Shown: positions 57,383 through 64,000 of the stretch, in pieces
How the letters are laid out: each line of letters begins with the position of its first letter
How positions within the stretch are numbered: position 1 is the stretch's first letter
Origin: Spirochaetia bacterium
Lineage (GTDB): Bacteria; Spirochaetota; Spirochaetia; UBA9216
Assembly: GCA_963677925.2 (NCBI GenBank)
Contig: CAXXYH010000004.1
Coordinates: 2,528,001 to 2,592,000 of the forward strand
Direction: 5' to 3'
DNA: 64,000 nt
The notes under the pieces: generated by a model
The model's database searches: none
Told to the model about the DNA's origin: nothing
What the model saw: the letters and a program-made list of their open reading frames with translations, nothing else
Position numbers and translations under genes: made by a program

Positions 57383-58676
57383 TAAACCTCTGAAAAAAAA
57401 ACGCTCACTTTTGAAATATATGCAGGTGTTCAGCCTGACATTCGCTATTCTCGCTGCTGCTTTTTCCTGCAGCACTTTTAATGGAATATTTTCACCTGCA
57501 GATGAACCTCTAAACGACAAGCCTGAATATCCTGCATCTGAAACACCTGAAGTATCTGATACAGAAAAAATTGAAATCGATAACCAATCAATTTCGGAGG
57601 CTATGTCTTCAGACATTGATAATCTTGTTGACTATGCTATTCCTCCCTATATTGAGAAAACACCGGAGAAATACGTCGAACCGCGCCTTATACTGCATGA
57701 GCATGATATTAAGAAGAAGGAGTCCGAACCTCTTCCGGCTGAAGTTCTTCAGGTTTCCGCAGAAACTTCTGACGCCGATGCAGATATCGGAATAGAATCT
57801 GTGCAGTTTGAGCAGTCTCAGTCTGTTATGCCCGAGGTTTCAAACACCGCTCAGTCTACGGCTCCTTCAGTATCAGCCTCAGCACATACTTCCGATACTG
57901 TTTTGCAGAGAAACTCTCAGGAAACTGCCGCAGCGGCATTGCCGTCAGAAACCGCTGTCCAGAAAACTTTTCCTGCAGAAACTGACCCGCAGCCTATTAT
58001 TCTTCAGGTTTCCGCCGTCGCCGGAGAGCTATCAGTCTTTGAACTGCCCGGTGAAGGCTGGCTTTTTAACGGTTTTGCTGAATCAGGTAAAGATGAAGAT
58101 GCAGTAAGATATAACGGGCGTGATTTTTTAAATGATAATACTGTTTTTTCTTTTTTCTGCTACCGGGAGTGTATTGCCGAGCTTTCATTTTCTCTGACGG
58201 ATTACCGGGCTGATTCCATAAAGAGAGCACAGGTTTTATTAAATGCAGTAAGAAGTGAAAAAGCTGACAGCTCAGTTGCTTCAGCCGAATCATCAGAAAC
58301 CGAGGCAGCTGAAAAAAACGGAAACAGTTCAAATAATCAGGCTCCTGAGTTATCAATTCAGGCGGAGGCTCCTCAGGTGATACCTGAAAATACCGAAGAC
58401 CTTCTGGAATACTGTAAAGCCAAGGCTGCAGACGGAAATCCTGAAGAGGCTGTAGAACTTATAGAATCAAAAATGCCTGATTTTGACCTACTTGAACTGG
58501 ATTCTGTCTATTATTTTCTTGCACAACAGTATGAATCTGTTTCCGGGCTAAGAGATATAAAAAAATCAATCAGTTATTATAAAAAGATTGTTGATGAATT
58601 TCCTATAAGTCTTTACTGGGAGGATTCCCGTGAAAGAATCAACTATCTTGAGCGCAGATATATCTATATACGGTAA
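57372..58676 (+). CDS. Hypothetical lipoprotein with C-terminal TPR/BamD-like helices
   Basis: Lipobox AFSC; low-complexity linker; YFLAQQYE..YKKIVDEFPIS.YW; start uncertain. Confidence 0.7.
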   Translation: MFPDKPLKKKRSLLKYMQVFSLTFAILAAAFSCSTFNGIFSPADEPLNDKPEYPASETPEVSDTEKIEIDNQSISEAMSSDIDNLVDYAIPPYIEKTPEKYVEPRLILHEHDIKKKESEPLPAEVLQVSAETSDADADIGIESVQFEQSQSVMPEVSNTAQSTAPSVSASAHTSDTVLQRNSQETAAAALPSETAVQKTFPAETDPQPIILQVSAVAGELSVFELPGEGWLFNGFAESGKDEDAVRYNGRDFLNDNTVFSFFCYRECIAELSFSLTDYRADSIKRAQVLLNAVRSEKADSSVASAESSETEAAEKNGNSSNNQAPELSIQAEAPQVIPENTEDLLEYCKAKAADGNPEEAVELIESKMPDFDLLELDSVYYFLAQQYESVSGLRDIKKSISYYKKIVDEFPISLYWEDSRERINYLERRYIYIR

Positions 58677-58686
58677 GTCTTTAATG

Positions 58687-58716
58687 TTGACATTCATGTT
58701 GATTTCAGGGTATAAC
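58687..58716 (+). promoter_or_regulatory. Putative promoter of the ffh-rpsP operon
   Basis: TTGACA-N18-TATAAC. Confidence 0.55.
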
Positions 58717-58744
58717 TGTCACCAAATCCGGAGGATATGGAGTA

Positions 58745-60079
58745 ATGCTGGACAATCTATCAAATAAATTCTCAGACATTTTCAGGAAAATTTCCGGCAA
58801 TGCTGCAATCTCAGAAAAAAACATAGAAGAAGCTGTAGAGCAGATTAAAATTGCCCTGCTTGAAGCTGATGTTAATATCAGAGTAGTTCGGAGATTTGTA
58901 AACAGGACCATTGAAGAAGCAAAAGGCGAGGCTGTTCTTAAAGCAGTAAACCCGGGCCAGCAGTTTATCAAGATTGTTCATGACCGGATGGTTACTCTTC
59001 TTGGCGATGAGCGTCAGGAGCTCAATTTAAAAGGACCTGACACAGCAAGTATCATTCTGATGATGGGACTACAGGGTTCCGGTAAGACAACAACCTCTGC
59101 AAAGCTTGCTTTAAGACTCAAAAAAGAAGGCAGAAAACCCCTTCTTGTCGCAGCAGACCTGGTGAGGCCGGCCGCAGTAAAGCAGCTTCACGTTCTCGGA
59201 GAACAGGTTGGCGTTGATGTTTATTCGGAGGATACAAAAGACCCTCTATCGGTAGTGAAAAATGCTCTTAAGAAAGCAAAAAAAGAGCAGTTCAATACTG
59301 TTATTATAGATACTGCCGGCCGTATGCATGTCGATCAGGATCTGATGAAGGAGATAAAGGCTGTAGCATCTGCTGCAAAACCTGATGAAACCCTCCTTGT
59401 TGCAGATTCAATGACAGGACAGCATGCGGTTGAAATTGCAAAAGAATTTGATGAATCTGTAGGTATCAGCGGTGTTATCCTCAGTAAATTCGATTCAGAT
59501 GCAAGAGGCGGAGCGGCATTGTCGCTGAAATCAGTAACCGGTAAACCTATTAAATTCGTAGGTACCGGTGAAAAAACCGAAGATCTTGAACCCTTTTTCC
59601 CTGAAAGGATTGCAACAAGAATACTCGGCATGGGAGATGTTGTCTCTCTCGTTGAAAAGGCTCAGGAAACAATTGATGAGGAAGATGCCAAAAAGCTTGA
59701 AGAAAAGATGGCTAAGGCTACCTTCACACTCGAAGACTACCTTGAGCAGTTCCAGCGGGTTAAGAAAATGGGAAGCATAAAATCGTTGATTGATATGGTT
59801 CCCGGAGCTGCCGGCAGGATAAGCGAGGACGATATCGATGAAAATGAAATAAAACGGGAGGAAGCTATTATACTTTCGATGACTATACAGGAACGTCGAA
59901 ATCATCGTATAATAAGCCCTTCACGTCGAAAACGTATCGCTAAGGGAAGCGGTACAAACGTGTATGAAGTTAACCGGCTTATCAAGAAGTTCGATAAAAT
60001 GCGGCTTATGATGAAAAAGGTTACCAAAAATAAGAAATACCAGGCTCAGCTCATGAATCAGCTGGGTGGAGTACGATAA
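58745..60079 (+). CDS. ffh: Signal recognition particle protein
   Basis: ALLEADV, GLQGSGKTT, DTAGR, DARGG, RILGMGD, SR..RIA.GSG. Confidence 0.98.
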   Translation: MLDNLSNKFSDIFRKISGNAAISEKNIEEAVEQIKIALLEADVNIRVVRRFVNRTIEEAKGEAVLKAVNPGQQFIKIVHDRMVTLLGDERQELNLKGPDTASIILMMGLQGSGKTTTSAKLALRLKKEGRKPLLVAADLVRPAAVKQLHVLGEQVGVDVYSEDTKDPLSVVKNALKKAKKEQFNTVIIDTAGRMHVDQDLMKEIKAVASAAKPDETLLVADSMTGQHAVEIAKEFDESVGISGVILSKFDSDARGGAALSLKSVTGKPIKFVGTGEKTEDLEPFFPERIATRILGMGDVVSLVEKAQETIDEEDAKKLEEKMAKATFTLEDYLEQFQRVKKMGSIKSLIDMVPGAAGRISEDDIDENEIKREEAIILSMTIQERRNHRIISPSRRKRIAKGSGTNVYEVNRLIKKFDKMRLMMKKVTKNKKYQAQLMNQLGGVR

Positions 60080-60094
60080 ACACAGGAGGCTCTA

Positions 60095-60346
60095 GTGAGC
60101 ACAAAGATCAGACTGAAAAGATTCGGAACCAAAAAAAGACCATACTACAGAATCGTTGTTATGGATTCCAGAACTGCACGTGACGGAAGAACAATTGAGG
60201 AAGTAGGATTTTATCATCCAATCGAACTTGAAGAGAATCAGCTGAAATTAAAAGAAGACAGGATTAAAGACTGGCTCGAAAAAGGCGCCAGACCCACTGA
60301 TACTGTTAAAAAACTGCTTAACAAAAATAATATTTTTATTAAATAG
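60095..60346 (+). CDS. rpsP: 30S ribosomal protein S16
   Basis: KIRLKR.G.KKRPYYRIVV.DSR..RDG; GTG start after AGGAGG. Confidence 0.98.
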   Translation: MSTKIRLKRFGTKKRPYYRIVVMDSRTARDGRTIEEVGFYHPIELEENQLKLKEDRIKDWLEKGARPTDTVKKLLNKNNIFIK

Positions 60347-60372
60347 CAAAGCAGTTTATTAAGGAGTACCAG

Positions 60373-60606
60373 TTGGAAAAAGACCTTGTCGAATATATAG
60401 CTAAATCACTTGTTGATGATCCTTCAGGGGTTATAGTCAACATGATTGAAGGTGAAAAATCTACTATTCTCGAGCTTAAAGTATCTCCTGATGATATCGG
60501 AAAGGTAATCGGCAAGCACGGTAGAATCGCAAAAGCGGTAAGAACCATTTTAAGTGCTTCTGCAACCAAAACCGGTAAAAGGGTAGTTCTGGAAATTCTT
60601 GATTAG
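60373..60606 (+). CDS. khpA: KH-domain RNA-binding protein KhpA
   Basis: LVDDP, DIGKVIGKHGR.A.A.R; TTG start. Confidence 0.93.
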   Translation: MEKDLVEYIAKSLVDDPSGVIVNMIEGEKSTILELKVSPDDIGKVIGKHGRIAKAVRTILSASATKTGKRVVLEILD

Positions 60607-61110
60607 ATGGATAAAATTGCTATCGGTAAGATTCGAACATCAACCGGAGTTAAAGGTTATCTTAAAGTTCTGAGTTTTTCCGGAGAATATAAACATTTCA
60701 GCAAGCTTAAAGGGCTTGAAATTGAAATGAAATATTCCGGAAAAACAAAGTTTTTTAGTGTAGAAGATGTTAAATGCAGTACCGCTTCAGCAGCGATAAA
60801 GCTGCAGGGCATAGACAATCCTGAAGACGGCAAAAAACTTTCCGGTTGGGAAATCTATACTGAAAGGAAATATGCCGCCGGCCTGAAAAAAGGGGAATTT
60901 TATCATGCTGATCTGCACGGCTGCAGTCTGGTTTATGATAAAGAACCCGTAGGCCTAATAAAAGGGATTGTTGAGTCACCTACTGCAGATATGCTTGAAG
61001 TTGATACTGATGGCTCAATTCATCTTGTACCCTTACTTGATGTATTTATCGGTGAAATAGACATCAGGAATAAAACAATTGAATTGAAGGAAAAATGGCT
61101 GCTGGAATAA
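60607..61110 (+). CDS. rimM: Ribosome maturation factor RimM
   Basis: GKI...GVKG.LKV, GEFYHADL.G; operon position. Confidence 0.93.
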   Translation: MDKIAIGKIRTSTGVKGYLKVLSFSGEYKHFSKLKGLEIEMKYSGKTKFFSVEDVKCSTASAAIKLQGIDNPEDGKKLSGWEIYTERKYAAGLKKGEFYHADLHGCSLVYDKEPVGLIKGIVESPTADMLEVDTDGSIHLVPLLDVFIGEIDIRNKTIELKEKWLLE

Positions 61111-61841
61111 AGTTTACAATTCTAACCCTGTTTCCTGAGATTCTGGAAGGCTTTTTTACAAGTTCTATTATGGCTAAGGCTGTTGAAAAAGGGACGATAT
61201 CCTATGAACTTGTTAATATAAGGGATTTTGCCTTTGACAGGCATAAAACCTGTGATGATGCGCCCTACGGAGGCGGCGCCGGAATGGTTATGAAACCTGA
61301 ACCGGTAGTTAAAGCTCTTGAGTCCGTCGGCGCTTCTCAAAAAAAAACAGTCTTTGTAACACCTTCGGGAAATCTGTTTAATCAGAAGTATGCCGGAGAT
61401 TTTTCGCAGGAAAAAGAGATTGTCATTCTCTGCGGACGTTATGAAGGGGTTGATCAGAGAGTCTTAGACGCGTATATTGATAACGAAATCTCAATAGGCG
61501 ACTATGTTCTCTCATCTGGTGAAACTGCAGCGCTCGTCGTTGTCGATGCGGTTTACAGGCTGGTTGACGGGGTTATCAACAGTGAATCTCTTGAAGAAGA
61601 GAGTTTTGCAAAGGGAATACTGGAGTATCCCCATTATACGCGTCCGGAAGAGTTTATGGGTGTTAAGGTACCTGATATCCTGCTTTCGGGGCACCATGAA
61701 AATATACGTAAATGGCGTCTTGAGAAAAGTATTGAGAAGACGTTGAAATACAGACCGGAACTTCTTGAAAATGCAGAACTTTCGGACGAAGAAATAAATA
61801 TACTTAGCAGGATAAAAGATATAGCTAACAGGGAGGACTGA
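61095..61841 (+). CDS. trmD: tRNA (guanine-N1)-methyltransferase
   Basis: [45 protein letters not shown]. Confidence 0.98.
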   Translation: MAAGIKFTILTLFPEILEGFFTSSIMAKAVEKGTISYELVNIRDFAFDRHKTCDDAPYGGGAGMVMKPEPVVKALESVGASQKKTVFVTPSGNLFNQKYAGDFSQEKEIVILCGRYEGVDQRVLDAYIDNEISIGDYVLSSGETAALVVVDAVYRLVDGVINSESLEEESFAKGILEYPHYTRPEEFMGVKVPDILLSGHHENIRKWRLEKSIEKTLKYRPELLENAELSDEEINILSRIKDIANRED

Positions 61842-61842
61842 A

Positions 61843-62196
61843 ATGGACCTGATAAAGGCAATTGAGGCAGAGCAGATAAAAGAAGAAGTTGCAGACTTCA
61901 GAATAGGTGATACTGTTAAAGTAAATTACAAGATCGTAGAAGGTACAACTGAGCGTGTACAGGTATACGAAGGTCTTGTAATTGCAATCAATAATGATGG
62001 TTCCAGAAAAACTTTTACAGTCAGAAAAATTTCATACGGTGTAGGTGTAGAAAGAATTTTTCCGGTACACTCACCGAAAATCGAAAGCATCGAAATCGTT
62101 CGACGCGGACGTGTAAGAAGAGCAAAACTTTACTACATCCGGGACAGGGTTGGTAAAAAAGCCAAGATTAAAGAGCTTATTAAAAAGAAAAAATAA
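61843..62196 (+). CDS. rplS: 50S ribosomal protein L19
   Basis: [33 protein letters not shown]. Confidence 0.98.
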   Translation: MDLIKAIEAEQIKEEVADFRIGDTVKVNYKIVEGTTERVQVYEGLVIAINNDGSRKTFTVRKISYGVGVERIFPVHSPKIESIEIVRRGRVRRAKLYYIRDRVGKKAKIKELIKKKK

Positions 62197-62200
62197 TTTC

Positions 62201-63124
62201 TTGAACTTAGCTTCAATAGGAATTAATAGAAATCTCATATTAAAAGCCGGTATTAATAATGTCAAAACCGGCGATTTTTTATATATAAAAGTTCTGTCAC
62301 ATATAAACGATAAAGCCAGAATCTCTGTCAACGGAAAAATTCTTACAGTAAATAGCAGCCTGCTGCTTAAATCCGGTCAGACTCTTCGTGTTAAAGCAGT
62401 CTGGAATGGAAATCTGCTTGAATTAAGACCGGCTGAACAACCCGCAGCTGCCAAAATGCCTGCCTTATTAAACGGGTATTTTAAATCAGATACTGAAGGT
62501 GCAGTAGTTTTTGCGGCAATGAAAAACGCAGGTCTTTCTTTGAAAGATGAAAATATAAAAAATATGGTTAAAATTCTGTCCAGGCTGAAGAAAGCCGATC
62601 CTGGAAAAGCCAGAATTGCAGCAGAGTTGCTTAAAAAAGGTTTTATCGCAGATGAAAACGCTGTTTCGTACATTGAAGGTAATTCAGCTGAGGATAATCA
62701 CAAAAAGAATAATAATTTTCATGAACTATTTAATTCTGTAGAAGCTGATGATATAAACTGGCTTATTCTTCCATACTCTCTTAAAGGTCCTGAACGGATG
62801 CTTAAAGGCAGTTTAAAACTGAAATTCAGAAAGTCTGTCAAACTTCCGGACACGGCGGTCCTTGAAGTGATGCTCGATACAGAAAGACTGTTCTTTGTTA
62901 TAGATAATCCATGCCGGGATAATCGTAAAATTGAAATTTATACTTCACAGGAAGGCCGGCTTTTAAAAAAAACGGAAATTCGAAATGAATTAGAGGAAAA
63001 TCTGCGAAACCTCGGTATCAAAATTGACGATAATATTAATAACTGGTGTTTCGATAAAGGAATTTTTGACGGGTTCGGTCCGACTGAGAATTCTGCAGCT
63101 TCCGGTTTTGAGGAACTTGCATGA
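62201..63124 (+). CDS. Hypothetical protein, possibly FliK-like partner of the FlhB-like gene
   Basis: ORF coupled by ATGA to the FlhB-C gene; TTG start inferred. Confidence 0.55.
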   Translation: MNLASIGINRNLILKAGINNVKTGDFLYIKVLSHINDKARISVNGKILTVNSSLLLKSGQTLRVKAVWNGNLLELRPAEQPAAAKMPALLNGYFKSDTEGAVVFAAMKNAGLSLKDENIKNMVKILSRLKKADPGKARIAAELLKKGFIADENAVSYIEGNSAEDNHKKNNNFHELFNSVEADDINWLILPYSLKGPERMLKGSLKLKFRKSVKLPDTAVLEVMLDTERLFFVIDNPCRDNRKIEIYTSQEGRLLKKTEIRNELEENLRNLGIKIDDNINNWCFDKGIFDGFGPTENSAASGFEELA

Positions 63125-63399
63125 GTACTTCTGAAGTTTTCAAAGAAAAAATTGATAAGGCTATAGTCCTTAAGTACTTGAAGAATCTTCCGGCACCTTT
63201 TATTGTATGTAAGGGTAAAAGGAAGAAGGCAGAAAAAATTCTTCAGATTGCCAGAGATAACAATATTGAAATTGTTGAAGAAGGAGACCTTGCTGATAGA
63301 TTGTTTGAATTTGAGAGCGGTGATTATATTCCGGAAGAGCTGTATGAAATTACAGCCGGAATTCTCGCTTTTGTATACAATCTGCAGGAACATAAATGA
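63121..63399 (+). CDS. Stand-alone FlhB C-terminal-like protein (EscU/YscU/HrcU switch family)
   Basis: AIVLKY....AP....KG....AEKI..IA....I, IPEELY...A.IL.FVY. Confidence 0.88.
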   Translation: MSTSEVFKEKIDKAIVLKYLKNLPAPFIVCKGKRKKAEKILQIARDNNIEIVEEGDLADRLFEFESGDYIPEELYEITAGILAFVYNLQEHK

Positions 63400-64000
63400 A
63401 TAAGATACCGGTACAGGAATTAGAAGCAGGAAGTAAATACTCAAAACCTGTATATATTGACGATGAAAGTATATTAGTCCCTGAAAATGTTGAAATACGG
63501 GAAAAGGATATTCAGCGTCTTTTAAAGTGGGGAGTTGAAGAAGTAAGAACGGAAGGTGTCCTGATGGACGGCAGTGCGCCCTCATCAGACGATTCTTTTG
63601 AAGGTAAAGGCGTTACTTCTTCAGAATTGAAAGCATACCGAAGGGCTATTGCTTCAATGGACAGTTTTTTTAACGACTGTAGAAAGGGTGTCAGCCTCAG
63701 CAGCAGTGATCTTGAAGATGTAATTCATAATTTCTATCCGCTAATTCTTGATAAACCTGAATCTGCAATGGTTCTTACAACTTTAAAGCAGGATGCAGTA
63801 GATAATTTATCATGTGCTGCAGTAAACTGTATGATTTATTCAACGGTACTCGGGATTAAAATTAAAATACCTGGACACAGGCTGATTAACATAGCATATG
63901 CTTCACTAATTCACGATATAGGTATGACTCAGATTCCCCAGAATATTATAAGGAAAAAGGGTAAGCTTAATCCTGAAGAGCTGGATAAGGTAAAAACACA
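63396..64000 (+). CDS. HD-GYP domain protein, 3'-truncated by window edge
   Basis: MNKIPVQELEAG..LLKWGV; A.LIHDIGM..IP..II.K.GKL...E...VK. Confidence 0.8.
   Translation, partial: MNKIPVQELEAGSKYSKPVYIDDESILVPENVEIREKDIQRLLKWGVEEVRTEGVLMDGSAPSSDDSFEGKGVTSSELKAYRRAIASMDSFFNDCRKGVSLSSSDLEDVIHNFYPLILDKPESAMVLTTLKQDAVDNLSCAAVNCMIYSTVLGIKIKIPGHRLINIAYASLIHDIGMTQIPQNIIRKKGKLNPEELDKVKT

Overview
A 64-kb bacterial chromosome segment, most likely from a free-living anaerobic spirochaete (Spirochaetales). The assignment rests on the PUR-domain/rnhB/short-SMC neighbourhood also seen in Borrelia, spirochaete-type lipoproteins and REC-PAS proteins, and the ffh-rpsP-khpA-rimM-trmD-rplS-FlhB-like-HD-GYP block. 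It holds about 65 CDS and two tRNAs (Leu-UAA, Gly-UCC, neither with encoded CCA). I saw no CRISPR array, integrase or intact IS. Most genes are ordinary housekeeping or transport genes. The best leads are: (i) a candidate 1:2/2:3/3:4 transcription attenuator before the PUR-domain gene; (ii) an orphan promoter-to-terminator unit of about 85 nt carrying two anti-Shine-Dalgarno motifs (candidate sRNA); (iii) a DUF2239 domain fused to an amidase that has lost catalytic motifs; (iv) an AraC regulator with an IS3 OrfA-like C-terminal domain; (v) a LysR-linked formate channel/GPH transporter/NfdA-like amidohydrolase/esterase/DUF3237 catabolic cluster; (vi) a surface beta-helix lipoprotein split by a 1-nt frameshift. 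All family assignments come from reading motifs by eye, not from database searches.
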